Part shown: positions 13,025 to 26,387 of the stretch, one piece after another
How the letters are laid out: each line of letters begins with the position of its first letter
How positions within the stretch are numbered: the first letter of the stretch is position 1
Source: Octopus vulgaris
Taxonomy: Eukaryota
Assembly (NCBI GenBank): GCA_951406725.2
Contig: OX597826.1
Coordinates: forward strand, 35,402,001-35,466,000
Length of the DNA: 64,000 nt
Direction of reading: 5' to 3'
Notes under the pieces: generated by a model
Seen by the model: only the letters and a program-made list of their open reading frames with translations
The model's database searches: none
What the model was told of the DNA's origin: nothing
Translations under genes and position numbers: made by a program

Positions 13025-13249
13025 CCAAAATGTTTTCGAACCAATTCTATTAATGAAAATGTTTGCAGGCAATTGCAAAGAGTTAAAGATTCAAGCTCTT
13101 AAAGGAATCGCCATCAAAAATAGATAAAAGATGAAATTCATTTTAACTTTTGAACATGTTAGTTTTGAGTGAATTTTAGCTGATTTAAACGAGATAGTTT
13201 CGTGATAATTCTGAAATATAACGGAATAATAATAATAACAATAATAATG

Positions 13250-13550
13250 TTCATTTATTCTTTTATTAGCCACAAGGGCTCACATACTAAACCATTAAAG
13301 TACATACAACAACATAAAAGACAAATGGGTTTTCTGTGTGTACACAATATAATAACAATGCAAATTGAAACTCCCTTTAAAGTCCTCGTAGGAAACCCCA
13401 CAAAAGTCATGGGTGCCTGAACAACAGGGCAAGAGCCCTTCTCCTTTGATTCCCTTTTTACAAGTGCACACTCAGAATTTGTCCTTTTATGCTGGCCATT
13501 CATTTATTTGCCACAAGGGCGAAGGAAGACGGGGACAATAAAAAACCAAC
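13250..13550 (-). mobile_element. Two tandem retroposon 3' tails (possible LINE 3' UTR remnants)
   Basis: Minus strand has gcccttgtggcaaataaatgaa and gcccttgtggctaataaaagaa. These resemble the internal tail of SINE family B dimers (gccccttgtgagtagtaaagaaata). Confidence 0.4.
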
Positions 13551-13763
<213 letters not shown>

Positions 13764-13987
13764 GCCCTGATGCAGTAACAAAATGCGGAAGACTACTACA
13801 TGTAAGAAAGCAACACGAGAAAAAAATTATTTTCCCTGTACACAAGGAGGTGACAAAATACAGACCAGAAACAAACTACTGATCTCAGTTGACAACAGAA
13901 ATGGTCAAAGAGACAAAAAAAAACAAAAAAAAAACATGAAAACAGAACTATAAAAACTATAAAAAATACTAAAGAAGAAATAAAGAG

Positions 13988-14221
13988 AAAGATATAGACA
14001 AATGGATGAAGGAGATTGAAATAGAACGTCCGGTAGAGCTCCTACAGAAAGTTCTTTCTCTTAGGGACAGCAACGATTATCAAGAGGGTTCTAAGCACTT
14101 GAAAGACTGCTGTTAACTTGTGGATTCCTAAAGTTACTAGTAGTGAGCCGCTACCGACACAAGACTGAACCTGAGCCAAACCAAAATATAAACAATCACA
14201 ACAACATTTATAATAATAATA

Positions 14222-14222
<1 letters not shown>
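13988..14222 (+). mobile_element. 5'-truncated R4/Dong-like RLE non-LTR retrotransposon 3' end
   Basis: KDIDKWMKEIEIERPVELLQKV / frameshift / LLGTATIIKRVLST* resembles the R4/Dong C-terminal QK..LLGTA.I.R.VL motif. A short 3' UTR ends in (TAA)n. Confidence 0.75.
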
Positions 14223-14298
<76 letters not shown>

Positions 14299-14319
14299 CA
14301 TTATTATTATTATTATTAT
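14223..14319. repeat. (TTA)n microsatellite
   Basis: Read directly; opposite polarity to the neighbouring (AAT)n arrays. Confidence 0.97.
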
Positions 14320-14770
14320 AGTGTTTCTCCTAGTCACCTTATCTGACGTCATAGTCTCAGTATTTTTATTTATTTCTGCCTCGCGCAGAAACTGCAGGAG
14401 CTACTTAACAATATTGCAAATTCTTCTCCTGATGGTGACTAAATCATCGCAATGTCGAAATCTCTTCTGTAATTTAAGTAGATATCTCAGGACCGTAAGC
14501 GTTTCACGCCTTACCCTGTACGCTGTGTCTGAATGGGATAATAGCTACCTCAGTATAACAAACGTTTCACCCGAGTGGAACAGCATGGGATGAATTAGCT
14601 TTCGCTTGCAAAGGGGTCCCGTTAGTTCTCACTTGTCAACCACAAACATCTTGAACTGCTCTCAGCTACCATGGCTATTTCTGTGTTCGCTATCTTCTGT
14701 TGGCTGTATTCCAAACCAATCATCTGCAGGACATGGCGTACCGATCTTGCTGGAAAACTGGCGTACCCTA
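14320..14770 (-). mobile_element. 5'-truncated HERO/NeSL-like RLE non-LTR retrotransposon 3' end
   Basis: Minus strand 14768-14622 reads GYASFPARSVRHVLQMIGLEYSQQKIANTEIAMVAESSSRCLWLTSEN*, matching the HERO C-terminus (GCRGF..S....AE.SSRWLW). A ~300-nt 3' UTR runs into (TAA)n. Confidence 0.75.
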
Positions 14771-14969
14771 ATTCAGAATGAAATGGAGCAGCGTGTTATG
14801 TTTTGAGAAAATTCTCATCAACCAAGTCTTGAATAGGAAGGTCATGCCATTTTCCAATGTGGTTCTAATACTTATAGGAGTTTCTAGAACAACTATACAG
14901 TAGAACCAAAATCCAGATGTCTAAGGAATAGCTTGATCTTCATCATCATCATCATTGTTTAACATCCGT

Positions 14970-15003
<34 letters not shown>

Positions 15004-16227
15004 ACTATTCCTAAGAAATAGAAACCAAATGTCTTGCTAATCACTTATCTTCGTCTTTAAATTCCTGAAAATCTAAATGACAAAAATAAGTCATATGTGT
15101 ATACTGTTATGCTTTTTAGCCTCAGGTTAGTGCTGATGATCAAGTGTTCTGGTCACGTTCATATATTGTAAGTTCAGGTGATTCTAGCTGCACAAAATAT
15201 CACACGTTTTAAAATGTGGCTGCGTTATATGTAAGGCAGATTTGGCTGTTACGTCTAGCAAGCCTGGTAGCCATATATGACTAATTTCTATAGTTAGTTA
15301 TTTAGTGCTGTTGCTGCTGGGAAGCAGCGAAATGGAAGCTGCTGAGATGTGACATCAGTTACTGGATATTGGGCACTTTGCTACACTTCTCAATGCTTTG
15401 AGTTCAAATACAAATGATGTCTGTTTTATCTTTCATTTCAGGGTTCGATAAAATGTCAGCTCAGTTCTAGAATCGATACTTCTTCTCTTCTCCTTCTTCC
15501 TCCTCCGCTTCCAACCTTCTTCCTCTTTCTCTTCTCCCTCTCCTCCTTTGCCTCCTATTCTTCTTTCTCCTCTACTCCTTCCTCCCCCTCTGCACTGGAT
15601 TCCAACAAACCAGCCTTCTCTCTTTGTCGCATTTATTCTGTAAATTACTACAAAGATACATTTGTCTGTGGAATACTCGGCTACTTACCCATTCACTTGA
15701 CTACAAAGAACCTAATTGGTCAAACAACAGAATTCTCAGAAACGCCACTAGCAAGAAATCCACGCACAGAACTTTTGAAACTTCTCTGTTTCCTGTTGGA
15801 AACATTCCCACGTTGCGTTAATTTGAACCATTTTGTGATTGGCAACATTTTGATGCATTTTTCATATTTCTAATTATTAATGTGAATTGTTCTCTCTTGA
15901 ATTATTCTTTGTTAACGCTAATTCATTATTGCTAATTAATTGCTAATAATCAATTGTTATTACTAATTAATCTACTAAGATCTGTTTCTGTATGATCAGA
16001 AGGTTTGACTTCTACATTCTCATTGTTGGCTACATTTAAAGATATACTGCATATAATCGACGTGTTTTGATATAATGGGCATCTTTAATAATTTTCAAAG
16101 TACTTATTAAAGACTAGACTTCAAATTATTAAAGAGCAAACTTTTAAATTTAAAATTTGCCTTTACAAACATATCTTAAATAACCAGGTTGTAATCGTGT
16201 GGTGAATGTCTTTAATAATGTTTTGTG

Positions 16228-16525
16228 AAGGCACACGGCTTAGTGGTTAGGGTATAAGGCTTACAACCGTAAGTTTGTAAGTTCACTTCCCTGCAGAGCG
16301 TTGGATGCTTCATATTGCTCCAGTTCATTCAGCTGGCAAAAAAAGGAGAAGTATCTGCATTTCAAAGGGCCAGCCTTGTTACACGTTAAGTCTTGTCGAG
16401 CATTTCGTTAAGGTTATGCATGTCTGTGAAGTTCTCGGCCACCGGCACATCAATTTCACGAGCTGGCCTTTCCATTGATCGGATCAACTGGAATACTCGT
16501 CGTCTTAACCGAAAAAGTCCCAGTT
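16228..16525 (+). mobile_element. SINE related to family C (diverged)
   Basis: Head ggcttagtggttaggg; 3' half matches 49330-49505 (tttcaaagggccagccttgt...gatcggatcaactggaa...cgtcgtcttaaccga). Confidence 0.75.
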
Positions 16526-16559
16526 CAGGGTTTGTAATTTAGTGACAAGAGCAAAACTC

Positions 16560-17360
16560 TTAGGAGGTGAGTGTTAGTCGATACAAACGATTCCAATACA
16601 TGACTGGTGCGTTATTTTATTGATCCCAAAGGGAGAAAAGGTGAAGGTAACATGGGCAAGATTCAAACTCGGAATATAAGAGATCCGGAAGAAAGACTGT
16701 AAAGCATTTTTTCTGGTGCTCTACTAATTATTTCAGCAATAATAAGAGGAGAGGGGGTAAGACGATTACATCGTCCCCAGTACGCAACTGGTACTTAATT
16801 TATCGACCCCGAAAGGATGAAAGGCAAAGTTGATCTCATCGGAATTTGAACTCAGAACATAAAGATGGATGAACTGTCGCAAAGCTTTTTATCCGGCGTG
16901 CCAACACTTCTGCCAGATCGTCAACTTTCAAGGCAGCAAGCTGGCAGAAGCGTTAGCACGCTGGATGAAATGTTTAGCAGTATTTTGCTTGCTGCTACGT
17001 TCTGAGTTCAAATTCCTCCGAAGTCAACTTACCTTTCATCCTTTCGGGGTCAATGAAATAAGTACCAGTTACGTACTGGAGTCGATATAATCGACTATCC
17101 CCACACTCCAAATTTTCAAGCCTTGTGCCTCTGGTAGAAAGCATTATAAATATTGGTTTCAAATTTTGGGGCAAGGCCTGCAGTATCAGGGTGAGGTAGG
17201 GATAAGTCAATGACATTAACCCAAGTACTCGACTGGTACTTATTTTTTTGATCACAAAAGGATGAAAGGCAATGTCTACCTTGGCAGAATTTGAACTGAG
17301 GACGTAAAAATGCCACTAAGCAATCTCCCCACTGTAAAAACGATTCTGCCAGCTTGGCAT
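16560..17360. mobile_element. Cluster of four SINE family B copies (-,-,+,-)
   Basis: Repeated core ctgagttcaaattc...gcctttcatcctttcggggtc...aagtaccagtt (Meta/MESC-like domain) at ~16560-16730(-), 16750-16925(-), 16931-17140(+), 17150-17360(-). Confidence 0.85.
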
Positions 17361-20300
17361 TTTGTTAGTTGAGAATATCAAAAGTAATTATAAAGGGGTA
17401 CTTGTTAAAAGGAATGTTTCTGTTACATATCTATTTCTTGGCAGAGTTAATAATTAACTTATATTTAAGTGCTGCATTATGGTGTATTTATGTTAGGTGT
17501 GTGATTACGTGTGAGCGCGTGTATGTACATCTTATGCAAACCCGAACTTGTATCTATGTGTGTGCGCATTTATACACTCATAGCATTGATGTGTGTGTGT
17601 GTGTGTAATATATATATATGAGTGCATGTACACGTATACAGAGACTTAGAATGAGATAGTGAGAATGATTGAATTTTGGGATTAGCCAGTGCTGTATCTT
17701 AGACAATGAAGCTTGTCAAATCCCACCAGGTCTTTCTTTGTTGCTTACTATTCTGTGTTTCTGCGGCTTCTTTTGGCATTCAAGGCTACTAATGTTAGTA
17801 GAATAGGCAGTGATTGAACAGAGAAACCTTAAGGGGGTGAGAATGAGATTACCTTAAATGTGTTAGCGTTCAGATTTAGCTTAGTCAAGCATTATTTACT
17901 ATGGCGCTGTTCAGTCTATTACAGTACCGAAAATAAGAGATAAAATATTTATGTTGCTGTTATTGCTTCATCTAACACAATTGTTGTTGTTGTTGTTGCT
18001 GCTGTTGATGAGGAAGCTGTTGTTGTTTGTATTGCTGGAGATTATAACATTAGCAATGATATTGTAATTAACGTCGATAATGCTGATAATGGCGAAATTG
18101 ATAATGAAAACGAAAAGATGGTGAGGATTACGGTGTTGATGATGATGATTATGAACAATAATAATAATAATAATAATAATAATAATCATAATCATAACCA
18201 TAACAACTGTTTGGGAATATATCATTCGGTTTTCCAGTTAGGACAAGTCTCAGTATGCAGTTATCTATGCATTGAAGCATAGTTATCTCGTTTATGTCTT
18301 GGTTTACAAGATATAACGAAACCCTTTATGTTCAGTGCACCGTGTTGTAATAACTTAAGGCACGCACCGACCACTACGTTTGTCAGACCAAGAAAATTCG
18401 TCCCTTTCTTTCTGTCTTGCTCCTCTCTATATACAGATGTTCCATACATTTTTTTTATAGTCTGCATATACAAAGACACCGTGTTGGAAATAGGAAGTGT
18501 ATTTAATCTAAATATCAATGCTAAAGAAGTCTTCTCAGAACAGGAAAACGATGCCAAGTACAGAGAAAATTTCTGATTAGTTCACAAATCGAACAGGATA
18601 TTATCAGAAGCAAATAATATCAGCTTAACATATTCTAAATATAAATTTACAGTCACTAATCTTCCCTTTTTGAGGTGTTTCTTTAAACAAGTGATTTGAT
18701 CAGAAACGGCTATAGCTTGCAGCAATGGGCAAGAAACAGTTATTCAATGGGAAGATCAGATGTCAAGATAAGTAGATTGCTGTATATTGCCGAACATTAA
18801 GAAAATCTATGGAAGCAATGAATGTAATAATTTCTGGTAGTGTTCGGTTAAAATATTTACGCACAGACAATAGAAGCTGCTTAACTGAATGAAATTAAGA
18901 AATTTCGAACGTGTTTATCGAAGAGAAGTGAAAGAGAGTTATTGATTAAGTTGATGTTGTGTCAACTTGTTTTGTATGCTGACTCACAAAAGATAGTACG
19001 GCTGGTGATCGAGGCCATGCACGACAAGGTTACGATAGGCGAAATCTGTTATGTGATGTTGCAAATGAAAAGATAAGAATACAAATGAAATTAGATAAAG
19101 TAAATAGTAAACAATAGAAACATAGATACACAAGTGTGTATCTATGCGTATATTCACCTACAATCAATATACCATTATAAGTATATTCATATGTGTTTGT
19201 GTGTGTGTGTAAATATATGATATACAGATGCTCATATTTTACACAGACTCACGTATATGCTACGAAACATATAATAGAAAATAAAAGCGAGGAAATTGAC
19301 TGATGCAAGTGAAAAAGTTACTTTCGTTAAAGAAAATAGTTTCGACATAAAATGTTGTCACTTAAAATAGGTTACATTGAAAAACAAGCGAAACGTCGTT
19401 AATCTGTGTTTCTTGTCAGTTTTAGAGAGATCTGAAGAACTAATGTTGCTTTTTGTATCGAGAATCTATTTAACTGGAGTCAGTATATTAGAAAATAGTG
19501 TAAAAACTAAAAACAAATTTTACATTCGTCATTGTTTGCTTTCACCCAAACACCAATTAGGTAAATATTTACCACCAAAATAAACTGTTGAAATGTCATG
19601 TCTAAACACTAATTCTATAGACTTATAAATAAATAGATACGCTTGCTTTAGACACCTAACATTTTAGCACTATTTTTGTTTCCATCCTGTAATACTCTAG
19701 AAAAGAAATTTTCTTCAACTTGCTGTCTTCAGAGACTGTTCTTTTATTTATTTATCTATTCATTTATTTATTTCGTGAGTTTGGTTTTATCTTTGGATGA
19801 TATACCGAAAATGTTATCCATTGAAGTACGTTATCTTCATCAATATGGTTCCCGGAAGCATTGTTTCAGATATACTTGTAGGATTCCTTAAAGCCAGTCA
19901 CCGAATTTACCACAGTTTATGCGAGGTTTTGTTGTTTTAAATTCTTCATCGAAGAATATATTTCCATCAATAACCGCCCCCGCCCCCCACAGGTTACATA
20001 TTCTCCCTCGTTAACATTGTCAAAGTAAGGTTTTCAACAAACTCCTTAAGGCGAATTTGGCTACAGTTCTTTTAGAATCTACTTTGAAATATTTTCATTT
20101 GATATTCCACATTGGTCTGATGTTTATGTTAGGAATTATTGATATTTTATGACTTGCTCAGAAATCGAAGTTTTGTAGAACGTTGATCGAATCAGTGAAA
20201 TCGAAACCTTCTTTATCAATACGTTCCTATGAAAGGACACGAGATAATGTCCACCTTGAACTTGGAAAATAATACATAACACTCAATACAGTGAGACGTT

Positions 20301-20699
20301 CTAACAGATGATTTTTAGAACGTTTCAGTAGCTTAAAGTATCACATTTATAAGGAGCCGTAGGTGTTACTTACATTAATAGAGCCAAAAAATTTAATGGT
20401 ATAAAAGAAATGGGATTGTTAGAAATCAAAATCGATATTTTACAATCATGTTCTTCGCTTGCCGAATTCTGGTGATTTGGAAATATTCTCGTAGTGCAAT
20501 TGTTTGTATAAATTGATATCCCTTCTCTTGCCAATGTCTCAACTACGAAGGAAAACTGGCCTCTTTTTCTCATTCAGATACATTCAGATAAAACATGGAA
20601 AACGCAATAATGTGTTGGTCACACGGAACCCTACTTTTTCGAAGTAATAACTGCTATGAGATGTAAACAAATGATCACAATACCAAGACTTTCAGGTCA

Positions 20700-21880
20700 C
20701 AGCTATTGTACTTCATAATAAAGACACTGCAGCTCTGAATGGTTAATAGGGGTTTGCTCTTGCCACGTTTTCAAATATCGGGATAGATGCTTAAAAAGCG
20801 AGATTGAAGATTTGGAAAGTATAGAGAAAACCCCAAAGATGAATTATTTGATAGCAAAGGAATAGACATTTTAAGCACGAGTGGGTCGTTGCTTTCAAAT
20901 ACACGAAGATGCTTTTGCGCTTTAGCTGTGAGTGTACATAGTGGTAAGGCTGGTGCAGTGGAAAAAGACAGGGAAGTTTTAACTTATGTGCACAATCTGT
21001 TTTTATCACTTAGTCAGGAGGAAAGGACGTACCCATGATCTTATTCAGGGTCTCGGAGATTGGTAAGAGAGCGAAAAGAAGGTATCGTCAATCAGTAGAC
21101 TTAGCTTGAATGTGTGCAACAGAACACACTTCTTTAAAGGTATTCAATACCAAGATGGTGACGTGATCGGATAACGGATGAAATCTGACACACACGTGAG
21201 ATACGGTAGGATCTGAACTCAAAGTCCAAAGACTCTAAAGAAATATCCACCGCAATCTGCCCGGTACTCACACGATTTCACTGCCCTGCATTAATACTTT
21301 ATTCATCGACCCCCAGAAGGAGAAAAGCCAAAGTCGATGACCGTAGGTTTGAACTCAGAAAGTAAAGGAAATAAATGTCTAAGGACTCTGCTAGTTTTCT
21401 ACTTGTGTATGGAACTGAGTGTAAATCGGGCAGCGAATAACGTCGCTTCCCACGAAATTATTGCTGTCAAAATCTCCATAATTGAAAATTGAGTGATTAG
21501 AGAATCTGAAAGTTAAAAGAAACATCGTTTTGATAAGGAGCCAGGAATAGTGATTGCGGTATGGGAAGCAGGGAAGCTTGCAGTTTCGACAATCCATGGA
21601 AGCATCATTTGTGTTTCAAGGGGCAGTCTTGGTGGAGGTGCAGTCTTGGGTAAAAACCACCCAGTTTATAATTATGACTGATGTTTTCCAGATGTTGTAG
21701 GCTGCACTGCTTGTAACATAGCTACGTGTGAAAAATTCAGAGAAATTTTACAGAAGAAATTTTTGTTGTTGCGAGCTGGGTGGAAGGGCATGTCTAAAGA
21801 TTAGATCACTCTTTTAGCTATTCTCTAATGGGTTGACAGTGGATTAGCAGAATTTCTCTGACTTGAAATACTAGACAAAG
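20700..21880 (-). mobile_element. Degraded Penelope-like element (RT C-terminus, linker and GIY-YIG), interrupted by SINE B fragments ~21130-21370
   Basis: Frameshifted minus-strand patches resemble the order 'HFP..KIF..SY..NI..ISHN.KL', a Cys linker, 'KQR..H..NS.SLS.Y', 'ARANPY..C.LC..E'. Heavily decayed. Confidence 0.4.
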
Positions 21881-23233
21881 GAGCTGATGAGGACTGCAGA
21901 TAAAGAAAGAAAGGGGAATGCGACAGACATTATTTTTCTAGTTTTGTGTCAGGCCATGTCAAACGAACAAATTAGGAAAACCCGGAGTAATCTGAGAGGA
22001 ACATAAGTAAAGGGCGAGAGAGAGATAGAGAGAGACAGACAGACAGGAAGAGAGAGAAAGACAGAACAACAGACAGATAATTGTACCTCAGCCAGATTGT
22101 CTCACTCATATTGCTTTTGTCTGCAATGACTATTACATATCTGATTGATCTTTGATTAGTATTTATAAATCCATCTTATTTTCTTGATCACTTTCTCATC
22201 AATCATAAATTTTCTCCGTTCCAATAGGTATTTACAAAACTAACAAAAATATTTCAATGTGTCTCTTGATTTCTTTTAAGAACAATGTGGTAGTAGGGTT
22301 TGAAACCGTCATATTTGCGTTTTTCCCTCTTATTTTGGATAGATTCCTTAGGACTTATCATGAAATAAGTTTGTAAAGAAAAGCGGTGGTATCACCATAT
22401 TCAACGTGAATTTAACGCAAGCCGATCTTAATACTGCAACGTATTCAATACATCAATGGTATCTCATCCACCCCTAACCAGGCCCTACATCTGGATTATA
22501 TTACTTAGCGGCAACACTGAGTTACACCTAGTAATGTACGGATAGTTAACCACAACGTTGTAACACATGCGCACCTCCCTTGCTTAGACGAAGGAACGTA
22601 CATTAGTAATAAAGGCGGCACCTAGAATGACATTAACTTCACAATATTACAGTATCTCTATTAAAACTATAAAGTTGTTCCTTATCTGAAACCAGCCAGT
22701 ATTATTTTCTAATCCGCCCAGATTCGATAACGTACATCCTAAGTAATAAATAAACAATCAAGCGTAGATTCCCACAAAATGTTCATATCGATGTTTGGTG
22801 CAGTAGTGTCTATTATGTAAAGCCATAAGATAAAACAAATGAATTATATTCGGCCAACAATATAACAGTCGCAAATTATTTAATCGTTTTGGAAGAGATA
22901 CATACAATGAATATATGAAAGATGGATGGGAGATGGTTATGGTGTTCAAACAAATTACGGAATATGTTTTTATAACTATATGTTAAATAAAAAGATCGAT
23001 GAACTTTGTAATGTTACAGATTGCGCACACGCAAACGCCCAAGCATATAAACAGACACGCAAGCGTGCATACGTACATACAGATATACATACATGCATCC
23101 AAGCATGCAGACATACCTACAAACACACACCCACACATACGTTTGTTTCTTAATGTTCGTTTTATGTCAAGCTATATAATACCAACAACTTAACTTTAAA
23201 CTGAAGTATTTCGTTACTTATTTTAGTAGATTA

Positions 23234-23990
23234 AGGCGGTGATCTGGCAGAAACGATAGCACGCCGGGCGAAATACTTGATGCACTCTGTCGGTTACGAC
23301 GACGAGGGTTCCGGTTGATCCGAATCAACGGAACAGCCTGCTCGTGAAATTAACGTGTAAGTGGCTGAGCACTCCACAGACACGTGTACCCTTAACGTAG
23401 TTCTCGGGGATATTCAGCGTGACACAGAGAGTGACAAGGCCGGCCCCTTGAAATACAGGGACTACAGAAACAGGAAGTAAGAGTGAGAGAAAGCTGTGGT
23501 GAAAGAGTACAGCAGGGATCACCACCATCCCCTGCCGGAGCCTCGTGGAACTTTAGGTGTTTTCGCTCAATAAACACTCACAAAGCCCGGTCTGGGAATC
23601 GAAACCGCGTTCCTATGACCGCGAGTTCGCTGCCCCAATCACTGGGCCATTGCGATATTTCGTCTGCCGTTACGTTCTGAGTTCAAATTCCGCCGAGGTT
23701 GACTTTGCCTTTCATCCTTTCGGGGTCGATAAATTAAGTGCCAGTTACGCACTGGGGTCGATATAATCGACTTAATACGTTTGTCAGTCCTTGTTTGTCC
23801 TCTCTGTGTTTAGCCCCTTGTGAGTAGTAAAGAAATAGATTTTTCGTCTGCCGCTACGTTCTGAGTTCAAATTCCGCCGAAGTTGAGTTTGCCTTTCATC
23901 TTGTCGGGGTCGATTGAAGTACCAGTTACGCACTGGGGTCAATCTAATCGACTAGCCCCTCCGCAAAAATTGTGCCTAGAGTAGAGAAGA
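23234..23990 (+). mobile_element. SINE family B dimer (host), split by a nested SINE C
   Basis: Head aggcggtgatctggcagaaacg...cgaaatac stops at ~23280 and resumes atatttcgtctgccg at ~23656. The core is then repeated from ~23840. Confidence 0.9.
23282..23654 (-). mobile_element. tRNA-derived SINE family C (young, nested)
   Basis: Near-identical reverse complement of 49125-49508. Confidence 0.92.
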
Positions 23991-24289
23991 TTAAATTTAG
24001 TAGAGTACATGTTTATTAATCGCTTGCAAAACCAGGGTGACAGTGTCTTCAAAGTTTCGACCTCCAAGTCTTCCTCTGCGGGAGTGCACAGACACACTCA
24101 CACACACTTTATTTAAGCTGGTTCAGTTGAGTTTTCTAGGGGAACAGCAGTTTCTTCAGACATATGAGACTCGGCGAAAAGACACGCTACACCTCAGCGA
24201 ACCGGAAGCACAGCCGAAAGACAGAGATCATTCGTACTGAGTGTAGCAACAGTAAAAATAAATCTTAATAAAAGTGATTAAAATTAAAT

Positions 24290-24500
24290 TCTATTATAGG
24301 CACAAAGCCTGGAATTTTGGGAATGGAGTGTAATTGAGTACATAGACCTCAGTACTCGACTAGTACTTAATTAACAGACTCCAAAAGCATGAAACGCAAA
24401 TTCGACATCGATAGAATTTGATAACAAAACAGCACCCCGGATGAAATGCTTAGCAGCATTTCGTCCGGTGTGCTAACAACTCTACAGCTCATCACCTTTA
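24290..24500 (-). mobile_element. SINE family B (diverged)
   Basis: ggcacaaagcctggaatttt...cagtactcgactagtactta...gaatttga...ctcatcacctt. Confidence 0.7.
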
Positions 24501-24650
24501 AAATAATGGTCGATGATAATTACAGCAGAATATTAATAATAACAATAATAATTGCGACAATAACAATTATATAATGAGGGCCAATGTGAATTTCTGAACA
24601 AATAATTTACCATTTACATACTAAATTATTTGTATTTCTTTTTTATTTGT

Positions 24651-25018
24651 TTCAGTCATTTGACTGCGGCCATGCTGGAGCACCTCCTTTAGTCGAACAA
24701 ATCGACCCTAGGACTTATTCTTTGTAAGCCTAGTACTTATTCTATCGGTCACTTTTGCAGAAGCACTATGTCACGGGTACGTAAACACACCAACATCGGT
24801 TGTCAAGCGATGGTGGGGGAACAAACACAGACACACAAATACATACATATATATGTGTATGTATACGACAGGCGTCTTTCAGTTTCTGTCAACCAAATCC
24901 ACTCACAAGGCCCGAGGCTATAGTAGAAGACACACGCCTAAATTGCGACGCAGTGAGATTGAACCCAGAACCATGTGGTTGGGAAGCAAGCGTCTTACCA
25001 CACAGCCACTCTCGCACC
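24651..25018 (-). mobile_element. SINE family A
   Basis: Full reverse-complement match to family A. Confidence 0.9.
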
Positions 25019-25284
25019 TTTATTCCATATTTCTATAACTTCTGGAACCAGGTCTGACCACAGTCGATTTTTTTCGAGAAGGAGAAAGGGTCAGATAGGA
25101 AGAATTAAAGAGAGAGAATAATCCATTCCAATACAGGGTTGGTACTTTATTTGTCGATCCCAAACGGATAAAAGTTTTTGGTGATATTCGAACAGCGCAG
25201 GGAACTGGAATGCGTAACGAGAAGCAATATTGCTGACATTCTAATGACTGCTAATTTGCCTCCGATACGTGTATGCGTATAAAT

Positions 25285-25323
<39 letters not shown>

Positions 25324-25627
25324 CGTGTTTAATATACACATTGCACTACATATATGCATGTATATATATTTACCTATAAACACTGCCTTATGGTATGTAT
25401 ACATTGAATATATTGAAAATATGAGTACATTTGAAAAAAGATTATAAGCTGCGTATACAGTATGTACCTATATACGATTGACATTTAATATAGTGTTAAC
25501 ATAGAAGGTTACTCAGTGACGTTGCAACGTACATATATACAACTTAATATTAAATATATTTTTATATATTAAAATATTACAAAATGCCTTTAAATATCTG
25601 TATATGTAATATAATATTATATAATAT

Positions 25628-25674
<47 letters not shown>

Positions 25675-25989
25675 ATATATATATAGCATATTTTATACAT
25701 TGGTATGCTTGTATACTTAAGAAAGGTCATCTCAAAAGCGCCGATATTTTTCTTAATGTATTAGATGACGATATGTTTGCACGTCTCGTCGTTTGAAGAT
25801 TGCTCTAATCACAGTTCGTTCAAACAACTCCCACGTCCTCAACTCTTACCACACATTGCACATATGTGCTATTTACGACATTTGGTCTGCTAACATATTC
25901 AAGTACTACTAAGTGCATATTTTATATGTAGTATCGAGCACCATATATTAGCTATTACTTTTGAATTGCATCTCTTTATATTTGATATT

Positions 25990-26300
25990 AAACAATTAGA
26001 TTGACTTTTACATGTTTCTTTTTCGACAAAAAAAAAACTCAATTTTGCACAAATTCTGCACGTAATTTTTCGGCACACAAATCGAATATTTTTAGACGAA
26101 ACCTTACAGCCGGAATAGGTTGATCGACTGCTACACCACGACGAACTTTTAGGAACCAAACTCTCAAGTGAAATGCAGTAGGATTTGGCTAAAATAGTGA
26201 CGATGTTTGAATGTTTAAACTACAAGTTACACTTCGTCGACTTGTATGCCATGAAACTAGAGTACTGCACTCAGAAGAACATTGAATGAAGCCTATTTCT
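25990..26300 (-). mobile_element. Possible mariner N-terminal (HTH) remnant
   Basis: Minus strand agagtttggttcctaaaagttcgtcgtggt resembles 'RVWF.KFRRG' with a frameshift; otherwise decayed. Confidence 0.3.
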
Positions 26301-26328
26301 ACACTCAACTAAGAAAGAGTCACATCCA

Positions 26329-26387
<59 letters not shown>

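Noticed and set aside
12286-13078. Longest ORFs in the track (200-239 aa)
   Set aside because: They consist of (AAT)n and polypurine repeats with no domain content.
16560-17360. CRISPR-like regularly spaced repeats
   Set aside because: The repeats are ~200-bp SINE bodies in mixed orientation, with no constant repeat-spacer period and no cas genes; the DNA is eukaryotic.
18461-18576. Exon candidate CIYKDTVLEIGSVF...
   Set aside because: Acceptor-like tract is present but there is no convincing donor or domain match.
21880-21915. Hammerhead at gagCTGATGAggactgc
   Set aside because: No stem II or GAAAC at a suitable distance.
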